Part shown: one piece after another, positions 50,046 to 60,075 of the stretch | Layout of the letters: each line of letters begins with the position of its first letter | Numbering within the stretch: the first letter of the stretch is position 1 | Assembly: GCF_003018235.1 (NCBI RefSeq) | Contig: NZ_CP027437.1 | Reading direction: 5' to 3' (one strand) | Origin: Escherichia coli | GTDB taxonomy: Bacteria; Pseudomonadota; Gammaproteobacteria; Enterobacterales; Enterobacteriaceae | DNA: 64,000 nucleotides | Translations under genes and position numbers: made by a program | Notes under the pieces: model-generated | The model's input: only the letters and a program-made list of their open reading frames with translations | Database searches by the model: none | What the model was told of the DNA's origin: nothing

Positions 50046-50902
50046 ATATCGCAATTGTGACAATAAATCAGGAGAATGCCGCAATAGTGAGCTGGCTGGC
50101 AGAACAGGATTTCAGCGGTTGTACCCTGGCACACTGGCAGATTGAACCTCAGCCCGCTGTGGCGGAACAGGTACTGGATGCGCTGGTGGAACAGTGGCAG
50201 CGAACGCCTGCGGACGTTGTTATCTTTCCGCCGGGAACGTTTGGCGATGAACTGTCGACCCGGCTGGCCTGGCGTTTACATGGTGCAAGCATCTGCCAGG
50301 TGACTTCGTTAGATATTCCAACCGTAAGCGTGCGCAAATCCCACTGGGGAAATGCGCTAACGGCGACGCTGCAAACAGAAAAACGCCCGCTATGCCTTTC
50401 GCTGGCACGTCAGGCGGGAGCAGATAAAAACGCCACGTTGCCCTCTGGTATGCAGCAACTGAACATTGTCCCAGGTGCGCTTCCCGACTGGCTGGTTAGC
50501 ATAGAAAACCTGAAAAATGTTACCCGCGACCCATTAGCTGAAGCCAGACGGGTGCTGGTGGTGGGGCAGGGCGGAGAGGCAGATAACCAGGAAATCGCTA
50601 TGCTGGTAGAAAAGCTGGGAGCCGAAGTGGGCTACAGTCGGGCGCGAGTGATGAACGGTGGCGTTGATGCCGAAAAAGTGATTGGTATTTCCGGACATTT
50701 GCTGGCACCTGAGGTGTGTATTGTTGTTGGCGCTTCCGGCGCAGCAGCGTTAATGGCGGGCGTACGCAATAGCAAGTTTGTGGTGGCGATTAATCATGAC
50801 GCCAGTGCAGCGGTATTTTCACAGGCAGATGTTGGCGTGGTTGATGACTGGAAAGTGGTGCTGGAGGCACTGGTGACAAACATTCACGCAGATTGCCAAT
50901 AA
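50042..50902 (+). CDS. ygcQ: Electron transfer flavoprotein alpha-subunit-like (FixB-like)
   Basis: Start placed at MNIAIVTINQ... (286 aa); ETF alpha C-terminal FAD-binding region. Confidence 0.85.
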   Translation: MNIAIVTINQENAAIVSWLAEQDFSGCTLAHWQIEPQPAVAEQVLDALVEQWQRTPADVVIFPPGTFGDELSTRLAWRLHGASICQVTSLDIPTVSVRKSHWGNALTATLQTEKRPLCLSLARQAGADKNATLPSGMQQLNIVPGALPDWLVSIENLKNVTRDPLAEARRVLVVGQGGEADNQEIAMLVEKLGAEVGYSRARVMNGGVDAEKVIGISGHLLAPEVCIVVGASGAAALMAGVRNSKFVVAINHDASAAVFSQADVGVVDDWKVVLEALVTNIHADCQ

Positions 50903-50950
50903 CGTGCAGCCGGATGATCCTGCCTACGGTTCTGGGCTGGGGACTTGTAA

Positions 50951-50983
50951 GCCTGATAAGACGCGTCAAGCGTCGCATCAGGC
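50951..50983. repeat. REP element (inside a small BIME-like cluster spanning about 50903-51020)
   Basis: GCCTGATAAGACGCGTCAAGCGTCGCATCAGGC palindrome between convergent ygcQ and ygcP; flanking GCCGGATG / GGATGTGGCGTGCAGCC motifs are also REP-like. Confidence 0.6.
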
Positions 50984-51049
50984 GCTGAATGTCGGATGTG
51001 GCGTGCAGCCTACAAATCACACCAAATTCAACTTGTTACGATTATCCCG

Positions 51050-51625
51050 TCAAAGCAATTTTTTCGCTAACGTCCAGACCCCGGTATTCGTGGTGGAAAG
51101 CGCCACGACACCTGCGTTAATCGCATTACGCGCATCTTCTTCATCGCACACCAGCCCGCCAGCAATCAGCGGTTGGCGGATTTTCTCCGTTACCCAGCCC
51201 AGCACTTTGGGCATACAGCCAGGCAGGATCTCAATACAATCCGGATTCGATTGCGCAACTTGCTTATCAATGTTGTGAAACGAAATCGAATCAACAATAA
51301 ACAGGCGATGAATACAGAAAAAACCTTCCGCTCTTGCCGCTTTCAGCATTGAGGCTTTGGTACTGATAATGCCGTCCGCCTCGGTCACCAGTTTCAGAAA
51401 CTGAATCACCACTTCTTTGTTCGATGCGCCTTCCAGCAAATCAACATGAATAAAGGCATATTTTCCGGCGTGTTTAATCTTTTTCACGATTTGACTAATG
51501 GTGCAGATATTGCCGTACAACACGGAAATAAACTGGCATTCAGAATCGATTGCCAGTTGCAGGCTGGCATTATCTTTAACGGCAGCAATCACCGGATTCT
51601 GGCGGAGCAGGTGTAAGAGGGGCAT
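51050..51625 (-). CDS. ygcP: GlpP-like glycerol-3-phosphate-responsive antiterminator family protein
   Basis: 191-aa ORF of the GlpP family. Confidence 0.85.
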   Translation of the reverse strand: MPLLHLLRQNPVIAAVKDNASLQLAIDSECQFISVLYGNICTISQIVKKIKHAGKYAFIHVDLLEGASNKEVVIQFLKLVTEADGIISTKASMLKAARAEGFFCIHRLFIVDSISFHNIDKQVAQSNPDCIEILPGCMPKVLGWVTEKIRQPLIAGGLVCDEEDARNAINAGVVALSTTNTGVWTLAKKLL

Positions 51626-51641
51626 AAATTATCCTTATTAT

Positions 51642-51902
51642 TTATCCAAAGCGGTAGGTGATGCCGAATCCGGAAGGCGGATAGCGCCACTGTTGTAGTG
51701 TTGATTCGTCACACAGCAAACGGCAGGTGCCACACTCCAGGCAGCCGCGATAATCAACGCGTAAGTCACCTTCCGGTGTGAGCGAAAAAAGACCTGCCGG
51801 ACAGGCGTTAATCAACCGTTGTACCATCTGACGCTCAACGGAGTCAGCCGGAACAATGTGCGGCGCATCGGCAACGCGCCAGAGATTACGGGCTACAGAC
51901 AT
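51642..51902 (-). CDS. ygcO: Ferredoxin-like protein (FixX-like)
   Basis: Start placed at MSVARNLWRV... (86 aa); Cys cluster CLECGTCRLLC. Confidence 0.8.
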   Translation of the reverse strand: MSVARNLWRVADAPHIVPADSVERQMVQRLINACPAGLFSLTPEGDLRVDYRGCLECGTCRLLCDESTLQQWRYPPSGFGITYRFG

Positions 51903-53164
51903 CGCAGACTCCTGATAACATCGCCCGCCAGATGCCACAGGCCGTGACGACGTAAATGACGCCAGAATAACTGGCGCAGCGATGGAACAGGTTTATCACC
52001 CTGATCCCATAAATCGCGGGAAATATCCTGCATTAACGCAGGCCACGCACGGTACCATCCAGGGCGTTGCAAAAGCGCCGGAACATGCTGATAACGTTGT
52101 AGAACATCCCATAGCAGGCTGCGCTCGACGTTGTGATGATAAAGCGGAAACAGATTTTGCGGCTCGCGGTGCTGGCAGGCGCTTATCAGCGTTTGTGCCG
52201 CCGCCTGTGCGCCAGCCAGCGCCATATCCATACCGCGCACGGAAATTCCGGTATTGACGCAACTGCGCAACGCATCGCCCACCAGCAGCCAGCCGTTACC
52301 GGCGTATTGCACTGGCATACTGTGCAAGCCACCTTCTGGCACCAGATGCGCACCATACTCCAGTGATTCCGTGTTTTTGATAAGCGGGCGCACTGCCGGA
52401 TGCGTTTTAAAGCGAGCCAGCAGCTCGCTTGCCGGAACACGACTTTGCGTAAGGGAAGAGAGCGGGCAAACAATCCCTAACGAGAGCGTTTGTTGATTAG
52501 TATAAAGAAATGCGCCGCCGGGTAAGTCATCACAGATCCTGCCGCTGAACAGCAACGCTGCGCCTTCGTTATTCTCCAGATGAAAACGTTCTTCAATAGC
52601 GGATGTTTCCAGCGACAGCACTTCTTTGATCCCCAACGCCATCGCTTCGCCAGCAGGACGAGTCACTAACCCGTGACGTTCAGCCAGGACGCTGTTGGCA
52701 CCTTCTGCCAGCACCACATAACGGGCGCGGAGAATATCGTCACCACAAATGACACCACACACCCTGCCGTTTTCTTCATACAGCGCATCCACCGTCGCAC
52801 CAGGGATGCATTCGACACCTTCTTTTTCGGCTTCGGCAACCAGCCACGGATCGAACCGTGCACGTAATACACTCCAGGATTCACCGCCGGGCTGTAAGCT
52901 GGAAAACGTCGTTGCGCCATCCGGCGTTAGCAGAGAAAGGCTTTCGTGAGTGATGCGTCGTTCAAGAGGCGCGGTCAGATGAAATTGCGGGAGGAGTTCC
53001 GCGAGTGCATGGGTATATAACCGCCCGCCGGAAAGATTTTTGCTGCCGGGGATTTCAGCGCGTTCCAGTAACAAAACGGATAAACCCGCTCGCGCGCAGT
53101 GTAACGCGCAAGCGGTGCCTGCAATACCGGCACCAATAATAATAATGTCGCAGTCGTCTTCCAT
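51893..53164 (-). CDS. ygcN: FAD-dependent oxidoreductase (ETF-quinone oxidoreductase / FixC-like)
   Basis: Start placed at MEDDCDIIIIGAGIAGTACA... (423 aa) with an N-terminal FAD dinucleotide-binding motif; the 3' end overlaps the ygcO start. Confidence 0.85.
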   Translation of the reverse strand: MEDDCDIIIIGAGIAGTACALHCARAGLSVLLLERAEIPGSKNLSGGRLYTHALAELLPQFHLTAPLERRITHESLSLLTPDGATTFSSLQPGGESWSVLRARFDPWLVAEAEKEGVECIPGATVDALYEENGRVCGVICGDDILRARYVVLAEGANSVLAERHGLVTRPAGEAMALGIKEVLSLETSAIEERFHLENNEGAALLFSGRICDDLPGGAFLYTNQQTLSLGIVCPLSSLTQSRVPASELLARFKTHPAVRPLIKNTESLEYGAHLVPEGGLHSMPVQYAGNGWLLVGDALRSCVNTGISVRGMDMALAGAQAAAQTLISACQHREPQNLFPLYHHNVERSLLWDVLQRYQHVPALLQRPGWYRAWPALMQDISRDLWDQGDKPVPSLRQLFWRHLRRHGLWHLAGDVIRSLRCL

Positions 53165-53241
53165 GTCATGCCCCGGATATCCAGAACACAACACCCTAAC
53201 ATAGCGTTACTTAAGGGAAATTGACCGCCGACATACTCTTA

Positions 53242-53607
53242 TCATTCGCCGCGATAGATGCAACCTGCGGTGCAGGTTTCTTTCACCATAACCGCACTTA
53301 ACAGCGGAACAACCGGTTTAACCTGATCCCAAATCCATTTTGCTAAAACTTCGCTGGTTGGGTTTTCCAGACCTGGAATATCATTGAGATAATGGTGATC
53401 GAGGCGCTCATAAGTTGGCTTAAACGCCGCTTTCAGTTCAGCGAAATCGATAATCCAGCCCGTATGCGGATCGACTTCCCCGGTAATTTCCAGTCGCACC
53501 ATAAAGGAATGCCCGTGCAGGCGACCACATTTATGCCCTTCCGGGACGTGTGGTAAGCGGTGAGCGGCTTCGAAGGTGAAATCTTTAAATAACGTGGTGG
53601 ACATCAT
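53242..53607 (-). CDS. queD: 6-carboxy-5,6,7,8-tetrahydropterin synthase
   Basis: Start placed at [10 protein letters not shown]... (121 aa); Zn-binding His residues and CGRLHGH motif. Confidence 0.9.
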   Translation of the reverse strand: MMSTTLFKDFTFEAAHRLPHVPEGHKCGRLHGHSFMVRLEITGEVDPHTGWIIDFAELKAAFKPTYERLDHHYLNDIPGLENPTSEVLAKWIWDQVKPVVPLLSAVMVKETCTAGCIYRGE

Positions 53608-53922
53608 AATTTCTCTACAGGACGATAAAACCGCCGTAGAGTACCGGAAAGGCTGTTTTTTCGCATTATCTAAAACGACTTTGTTGCGCAAAATCGCTGA
53701 TTTATCTTAATGATTGGCTAAATTCATTTGTTTTTCATTGGGTTGGTTAATCTGTTTTGTTGTTAAAGACTATTGCTAAAACAGGTTAGTCGATTTGGTT
53801 ATTAGTTATCGCTATCCCGTCTTTAATCCACACCGTTCACCCCGTTAACCTTACCTTCTCTTCTGTTTTATGGGCGCTGACAGGGCGCAGAAACAGCTTT
53901 GCTTACTGGAACATAACGACGC

Positions 53923-55722
53923 ATGACGACACAGGTCCCACCTTCCGCGTTGCTTCCGTTGAACCCGGAGCAACTGGCACGCCTTCAGGCGGCCACGACC
54001 GATTTAACTCCCACCCAGCTTGCCTGGGTTTCTGGCTATTTCTGGGGCGTGCTCAACCAGCAGCCTGCTGCGCTTGCAGCGACGCCAGCGCCCGCCGCAG
54101 AAATGCCGGGTATAACTATTATCTCCGCTTCGCAAACCGGCAATGCGCGCCGGGTTGCTGAAGCATTACGCGATGATTTATTAGCGGCAAAACTGAACGT
54201 TAAGCTGGTGAACGCGGGCGACTATAAATTCAAACAAATCGCCAGCGAAAAACTGCTTATCGTGGTGACGTCAACGCAAGGGGAAGGGGAACCGCCGGAA
54301 GAAGCCGTCGCGCTGCATAAGTTCCTGTTCTCCAAAAAAGCGCCAAAGCTGGAAAACACCGCGTTTGCCGTGTTTAGCCTCGGCGATAGTTCTTATGAAT
54401 TTTTCTGCCAGTCCGGGAAAGATTTTGACAGTAAGCTGGCGGAACTGGGCGGTGAACGCCTGCTCGACCGTGTCGATGCCGACGTTGAATACCAGGCTGC
54501 TGCCAGCGAGTGGCGCGCCCGCGTGGTTGATGCGCTTAAATCGCGTGCGCCTGTCGCGGCACCTTCGCAATCCGTCGCTACTGGCGCGGTAAATGAAATC
54601 CACACCAGCCCGTACAGCAAAGACGCGCCGCTGGTGGCGAGCCTCTCTGTTAACCAGAAAATTACCGGGCGTAACTCTGAAAAAGACGTTCGCCATATCG
54701 AAATTGACTTAGGTGACTCTGGCCTGCGTTACCAGCCGGGTGACGCGCTGGGCGTCTGGTATCAGAACGATCCGGCACTGGTGAAAGAACTTGTCGAACT
54801 GCTGTGGCTGAAAGGCGATGAAACTGTCACCGTTGACGGCAAAACCCTGCCGCTGAACGAAGCGCTACAGTGGCACTTCGAACTGACCGTCAACACCGCC
54901 AACATTGTTGAGAACTATGCCACGCTTACCCGCAGCGAAACGCTGCTGCCGCTGGTGGGCGATAAAGCGAAGTTACAGCATTACGCCGCGACCACGCCGA
55001 TTGTCGACATGGTGCGTTTCTCTCCGGCGCAACTGGATGCCGAAGCGCTGATTAATCTGCTGCGCCCGCTGACCCCGCGCCTGTATTCCATCGCCTCCTC
55101 GCAGGCGGAAGTCGAGAACGAAGTACACGTCACCGTTGGTGTGGTGCGTTACGACGTGGAAGGCCGCGCCCGTGCCGGTGGTGCCTCCAGCTTCCTCGCG
55201 GACCGCGTGGAAGAAGAGGGCGAAGTCCGCGTATTTATCGAACATAACGACAACTTCCGCCTGCCAGCCAACCCAGAAACCCCGGTGATTATGATTGGCC
55301 CAGGCACCGGCATCGCGCCGTTCCGAGCCTTTATGCAGCAGCGCGCCGCTGACGAAGCGCCGGGTAAAAACTGGCTGTTCTTTGGCAATCCGCACTTTAC
55401 GGAAGATTTCCTCTACCAGGTGGAATGGCAGCGCTACGTCAAAGAGGGCGTGCTGACGCGTATCGATCTTGCCTGGTCGCGCGATCAAAAAGAAAAAATT
55501 TACGTACAAGACAAACTGCGCGAACAGGGCGCGGAGCTGTGGCGCTGGATCAATGACGGTGCCCACATTTATGTCTGCGGCGACGCTAATCGCATGGCGA
55601 AAGACGTTGAGCAGGCACTTCTGGAAGTGATTGCCGAATTTGGTGGCATGGACACCGAAGCGGCGGATGAATTTTTAAGTGAGCTGCGCGTAGAGCGCCG
55701 TTATCAGCGAGATGTCTACTAA
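53923..55722 (+). CDS. cysJ: Sulfite reductase [NADPH] flavoprotein alpha-component
   Basis: 599-aa ORF with flavodoxin and FAD/NADPH reductase domains. Confidence 0.95.
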   Translation: MTTQVPPSALLPLNPEQLARLQAATTDLTPTQLAWVSGYFWGVLNQQPAALAATPAPAAEMPGITIISASQTGNARRVAEALRDDLLAAKLNVKLVNAGDYKFKQIASEKLLIVVTSTQGEGEPPEEAVALHKFLFSKKAPKLENTAFAVFSLGDSSYEFFCQSGKDFDSKLAELGGERLLDRVDADVEYQAAASEWRARVVDALKSRAPVAAPSQSVATGAVNEIHTSPYSKDAPLVASLSVNQKITGRNSEKDVRHIEIDLGDSGLRYQPGDALGVWYQNDPALVKELVELLWLKGDETVTVDGKTLPLNEALQWHFELTVNTANIVENYATLTRSETLLPLVGDKAKLQHYAATTPIVDMVRFSPAQLDAEALINLLRPLTPRLYSIASSQAEVENEVHVTVGVVRYDVEGRARAGGASSFLADRVEEEGEVRVFIEHNDNFRLPANPETPVIMIGPGTGIAPFRAFMQQRAADEAPGKNWLFFGNPHFTEDFLYQVEWQRYVKEGVLTRIDLAWSRDQKEKIYVQDKLREQGAELWRWINDGAHIYVCGDANRMAKDVEQALLEVIAEFGGMDTEAADEFLSELRVERRYQRDVY

Positions 55723-57434
55723 TGAGCGAAAAACATCCAGGGCCTTCAGTGGTCGAAGGAAAACTGACAGACGCCGAGCGCATGAAGCTTGAAAGCAACT
55801 ACCTGCGCGGCACCATTGCGGAAGATTTAAACGACGGTCTGACCGGTGGTTTTAAGGGCGACAACTTCCTGCTGATCCGCTTCCACGGCATGTATCAGCA
55901 GGATGACCGCGACATCCGCGCCGAACGTGCTGAACAGAAGCTGGAGCCACGTCATGCAATGCTGTTGCGCTGTCGTCTGCCGGGTGGGGTGATTACCACC
56001 AAACAGTGGCAGGCGATCGATAAATTTGCCGGTGAAAACACCATCTATGGCAGCATTCGCCTGACCAACCGCCAGACGTTTCAGTTCCACGGCATTCTGA
56101 AAAAGAACGTCAAACCGGTGCACCAGATGCTGCACTCGGTCGGTCTTGATGCGCTGGCGACTGCTAACGACATGAACCGTAACGTGCTGTGCACTTCGAA
56201 CCCGTTCGAGTCGCAGCTGCACGCGGAAGCCTATGAATGGGCGAAGAAAATCTCTGAACATCTGCTGCCTCGTACCCGCGCGTATGCAGAGATCTGGCTC
56301 GATCAGGAAAAAGTCGCCACTACTGATGAAGAGCCGATCCTTGGTCAGACCTACCTGCCGCGTAAGTTCAAAACCACGGTAGTGATCCCGCCGCAGAACG
56401 ATATCGATCTGCACGCCAACGACATGAACTTCGTGGCGATCGCCGAAAACGGCAAGCTGGTGGGCTTTAACCTGCTGGTGGGCGGTGGGCTTTCCATCGA
56501 GCACGGCAACAAGAAAACCTACGCCCGCACCGCGAGTGAGTTTGGCTATCTGCCGCTGGAGCATACACTGGCAGTGGCGGAAGCCGTCGTGACAACTCAG
56601 CGTGACTGGGGTAACCGAACCGATCGTAAAAATGCCAAAACCAAATACACGCTGGAGCGCGTGGGGGTTGAGACGTTTAAAGCGGAAGTGGAGCGTCGCG
56701 CGGGGATCAAATTTGAACCGATCCGTCCGTATGAGTTCACCGGACGCGGCGATCGTATTGGTTGGGTTAAGGGCATTGATGATAACTGGCACCTGACGCT
56801 GTTTATCGAAAATGGTCGCATCCTTGATTATCCGGGGCGTCCGCTGAAAACTGGCCTGCTGGAGATCGCGAAGATCCACAAAGGTGATTTCCGCATTACG
56901 GCGAACCAGAATCTGATCATCGCCGGTGTGCCGGAAAGCGAGAAAGCGAAGATCGAGAAGATCGCCAAAGAGAGCGGGTTAATGAATGCCGTCACGCCGC
57001 AGCGTGAAAACTCAATGGCCTGCGTGTCATTCCCGACTTGCCCGCTGGCGATGGCCGAAGCCGAGCGTTTCCTGCCGTCTTTTATCGACAACATCGATAA
57101 TTTAATGGCGAAACATGGTGTCAGCGATGAGCATATCGTGATGCGTGTAACAGGCTGCCCGAACGGTTGTGGTCGCGCGATGCTGGCGGAAGTGGGCCTG
57201 GTGGGTAAAGCGCCGGGTCGCTACAACCTGCATCTTGGCGGCAACCGCATTGGGACACGTATCCCACGGATGTATAAAGAAAACATCACCGAGCCGGAAA
57301 TCCTGGCGTCGCTTGATGAACTGATAGGGCGCTGGGCGAAAGAGCGCGAAGCGGGTGAAGGCTTCGGCGACTTTACGGTGCGTGCGGGCATCATTCGCCC
57401 GGTGCTCGATCCGGCGCGCGATTTGTGGGATTAA
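55722..57434 (+). CDS. cysI: Sulfite reductase [NADPH] hemoprotein beta-component
   Basis: 570-aa ORF; start overlaps the cysJ stop; siroheme/4Fe-4S Cys motifs ([10 protein letters not shown]...CPNGC). Confidence 0.95.
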   Translation: MSEKHPGPSVVEGKLTDAERMKLESNYLRGTIAEDLNDGLTGGFKGDNFLLIRFHGMYQQDDRDIRAERAEQKLEPRHAMLLRCRLPGGVITTKQWQAIDKFAGENTIYGSIRLTNRQTFQFHGILKKNVKPVHQMLHSVGLDALATANDMNRNVLCTSNPFESQLHAEAYEWAKKISEHLLPRTRAYAEIWLDQEKVATTDEEPILGQTYLPRKFKTTVVIPPQNDIDLHANDMNFVAIAENGKLVGFNLLVGGGLSIEHGNKKTYARTASEFGYLPLEHTLAVAEAVVTTQRDWGNRTDRKNAKTKYTLERVGVETFKAEVERRAGIKFEPIRPYEFTGRGDRIGWVKGIDDNWHLTLFIENGRILDYPGRPLKTGLLEIAKIHKGDFRITANQNLIIAGVPESEKAKIEKIAKESGLMNAVTPQRENSMACVSFPTCPLAMAEAERFLPSFIDNIDNLMAKHGVSDEHIVMRVTGCPNGCGRAMLAEVGLVGKAPGRYNLHLGGNRIGTRIPRMYKENITEPEILASLDELIGRWAKEREAGEGFGDFTVRAGIIRPVLDPARDLWD

Positions 57435-57454
57435 CCATCAGCCCGGTCTTGTAG

Positions 57455-57486
57455 GCCTGATAAGACGCGTGAGCGTCGCATCAGGC
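57455..57486. repeat. REP element between cysI and cysH
   Basis: GCCTGATAAGACGCGTGAGCGTCGCATCAGGC, nearly identical to the REP at 50951-50983. Confidence 0.6.
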
Positions 57487-57507
57487 AAGGCAAACAGTGA
57501 GGAATCT

Positions 57508-58242
57508 ATGTCCAAACTCGATCTAAACGCCCTGAACGAACTGCCGAAGGTAGATCGCATTCTGGCGCTGGCAGAAACTAACGCCGAACTGGAAAAACTG
57601 GATGCTGAAGGCCGCGTTGCCTGGGCGCTGGATAATCTGCCCGGTGAATATGTACTTTCTTCCAGTTTCGGCATTCAGGCGGCGGTGAGCCTGCATCTGG
57701 TGAATCAGATTCACCCGGATATCCCGGTGATCCTGACCGATACGGGTTATCTGTTCCCGGAAACCTACCGCTTTATTGACGAGTTAACGGACAAACTCAA
57801 GCTCAACCTGAAAGTGTACCGCGCTACCGAAAGCGCCGCCTGGCAGGAAGCGCGCTACGGCAAACTGTGGGAGCAGGGTGTTGAAGGCATTGAAAAGTAC
57901 AATGACATCAACAAAGTCGAACCGATGAACCGGGCGCTGAAAGAACTGAATGCGCAAACGTGGTTTGCTGGCCTGCGCCGCGAACAATCCGGCAGTCGCG
58001 CCAATTTACCGGTGCTGGCAATTCAGCGTGGCGTATTTAAAGTGCTGCCGATTATCGACTGGGATAACCGAACGATATATCAGTATCTGCAAAAACATGG
58101 CCTGAAATATCACCCATTATGGGACGAAGGATATTTATCGGTCGGTGATACCCATACAACCCGTAAATGGGAACCCGGCATGGCGGAAGAAGAAACGCGT
58201 TTCTTTGGCTTAAAAAGAGAATGTGGTTTACACGAAGGGTAA
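57508..58242 (+). CDS. cysH: Phosphoadenosine phosphosulfate (PAPS) reductase
   Basis: Track ORF extends upstream through the REP; start placed at ATG 57508 ([14 protein letters not shown]...), 244 aa. Confidence 0.92.
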   Translation: MSKLDLNALNELPKVDRILALAETNAELEKLDAEGRVAWALDNLPGEYVLSSSFGIQAAVSLHLVNQIHPDIPVILTDTGYLFPETYRFIDELTDKLKLNLKVYRATESAAWQEARYGKLWEQGVEGIEKYNDINKVEPMNRALKELNAQTWFAGLRREQSGSRANLPVLAIQRGVFKVLPIIDWDNRTIYQYLQKHGLKYHPLWDEGYLSVGDTHTTRKWEPGMAEEETRFFGLKRECGLHEG

Positions 58243-58260
58243 ATGTTATCCGGATAAATT

Positions 58261-58298
58261 AAACGCCTCTGTCAGAAATGATGGGGGCGTTTTTATTT
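58261..58298 (+). terminator. Probable cysH terminator
   Basis: AAACGCC...GGCGTTT stem followed by TTATTTT, about 20 bp after the cysH stop; the stem is short and the loop long, so this is tentative. Confidence 0.4.
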
Positions 58299-58507
58299 TG
58301 CGAGCAGCATTCCTGATTTTAAACGTGAACGCCGCTGGAAGAATCAACAGGTATAGAATGGTGTCGGGTGCTTGAGGCTGTCTGGCGTTAAGCATTCGCG
58401 AGGTTCCAGATGGACAAAAGCCCCAGGCGATATTTCTATCAACCTGAGGCCAGCGTTCGAACCCAAACAATTCGAATGTTAGTCTCTTCTTTGCAGGGAG
58501 GCAAGAC

Positions 58508-58660
58508 ATGCTGACAAAATATGCCCTTGTGGCAATCATAGTGCTGTGTTTTACAGTACTGGGATTCACGCTGATGGTAGGCGACTCGTTGTGTGAGTTG
58601 AGTATCAGAGAACGTGGTATGGAGTTTAAGGCAGTTCTCGCTTACGAATCGAAGAAGTAG
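58508..58660 (+). CDS. hokX: Hok-family type I toxin (small membrane-depolarising peptide), positionally the hokX/sokX locus
   Basis: 50-codon ORF absent from the ORF track (under 60 aa): [50 protein letters not shown], with a single TM helix, the Hok signature DSLCE and C-terminal AYES; Shine-Dalgarno GGAGG 6 nt upstream. The symbol is inferred from position next to cysH. Confidence 0.8.
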   Translation: MLTKYALVAIIVLCFTVLGFTLMVGDSLCELSIRERGMEFKAVLAYESKK

Positions 58661-58786
58661 CCACCACGCGGGGGTAAAACCCCGCGTACTGAATTGTTAA
58701 AGTTTGGCCTCCTGCACCCCTTTTTTATACTCTGTTTCTGGTGGCATTGATTTCCTGCAGGCAAGGGAGTAATCATTTCAAACCCA

Positions 58787-59824
58787 TCAAGACGCCTTCG
58801 CCAGCTCCTTCACCAGCGGTAGCATTATCCGCATAACATCACGGCAGCGACGTTCTATTCTTCCTGGAAGTGCCTTATCAATATGTTGTTGATTATCCAG
58901 TCTTACGTCATGCCAGCTATTTCCCGCAGGGAATGCAGCTGTTTTTGCGCGTTGCTGATAACCATCCTTATTCCCAAGATTCCAATTTGTTGCTTCTACC
59001 GAAAGTACGGCAATACCGGCTTTGTCGAAAACTTCGGCGTCATTACAACAGCCAGTACCCTTCGGATAATTTTTATTCAAACCCGGATTGGTCGTTGCGG
59101 CAATTCCATGACTACGCGCAATTGCCAGCGCCCTGTCGCGCGTTAATTTCCTTACTGCTTCAGGGGTTTTTACGCCGCTGTTGAAATACAATTTATCGCC
59201 AACAATTAAGTTATCGAGATTAATCACCAGCAGCGTATTTTTCTTTTCGGTGTCACTCATCCGCTTGAGTAAATTCTCAGCACCTAATTTCCCTTCCTCT
59301 TCACCACTGGTCGCCACAAATCGAATACCATACTCGGTAGGCGTATTTTTCAGGCGTTCTGCCAATTCCAGCATGACACCTAAACCTGCAGCGTTATCAT
59401 CCATTCCTTGTAACGTCAGTCCGCCGAGATTGGCATCGGCGTCAGCATCGCTCAGCGGGGCGTAAGTATCCAGATGCGCCATAATGATGATCTGCTGCGG
59501 CGCTTTGCCTTCATGAGCGGCAATCACCGTACTTCCCGTCACGTTATGCCAGCTCTTGCGATTATCGCGGGCGGTATAAATATACCGACTATTAAATGTC
59601 CGAATATCACTGCGATAACCCATTTGCTGAAACTGTTGGCGAATATAATCGGCAGATAACATTTCTGCTGGAGTTCCGGTCATGCGTCCCGGAAAGAAAG
59701 TAGCAATATGTCGTGCCTGAGTATTAGCAAAATCGCCAGGTTTAGATGACGAGGCGTGTACGGGGAGAATAAAGCATACGCCGAGCGCCAGGGCAGCGGT
59801 ACGGTGGCGCAATGCGGAAAACAT
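58787..59824 (-). CDS. iap: Alkaline phosphatase isozyme conversion aminopeptidase (M28 family)
   Basis: 345-aa ORF with signal peptide. Confidence 0.9.
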   Translation of the reverse strand: MFSALRHRTAALALGVCFILPVHASSSKPGDFANTQARHIATFFPGRMTGTPAEMLSADYIRQQFQQMGYRSDIRTFNSRYIYTARDNRKSWHNVTGSTVIAAHEGKAPQQIIIMAHLDTYAPLSDADADANLGGLTLQGMDDNAAGLGVMLELAERLKNTPTEYGIRFVATSGEEEGKLGAENLLKRMSDTEKKNTLLVINLDNLIVGDKLYFNSGVKTPEAVRKLTRDRALAIARSHGIAATTNPGLNKNYPKGTGCCNDAEVFDKAGIAVLSVEATNWNLGNKDGYQQRAKTAAFPAGNSWHDVRLDNQQHIDKALPGRIERRCRDVMRIMLPLVKELAKAS

Positions 59825-60075
59825 AGTGAGTCCTTAAATACCATGCAAATTTTTTTACCGCCATAGTATGAAACTGCCGATGCGCTAAAACAATTTCAAA
59901 TCTTCCTAAACGCCCGAAATCCGGTGCCTTAAGCACTTTTTGATATTAGCTTTGCCAAATCGTTATTCCGTTAAGGAACTACTCATTCTAATTGGTAATT
60001 TCATTCGTTCTCCTGCGCTCCCTATAGTCGAAACATCTGATGGCAAGAAAATAGCGGTATTGCAAAGGAACGGTT

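Noticed and set aside
58246-58569. 107-aa minus-strand ORF in the cysH-iap intergenic region
   Set aside because: It overlaps the hok-like toxin gene and its leader on the opposite strand and has no recognisable features; the toxin ORF is the better explanation of the region, and any antisense function is more likely a short Sok-like RNA.
58243-60075. Engineered deletion or assembly artefact as the explanation for the missing cas genes
   Set aside because: No FRT, loxP, antibiotic-cassette remnant, IS element or abrupt composition change is present, and both flanks read as native intergenic sequence; natural absence of the locus in this lineage is the simpler explanation. It can only be confirmed with the full genome.
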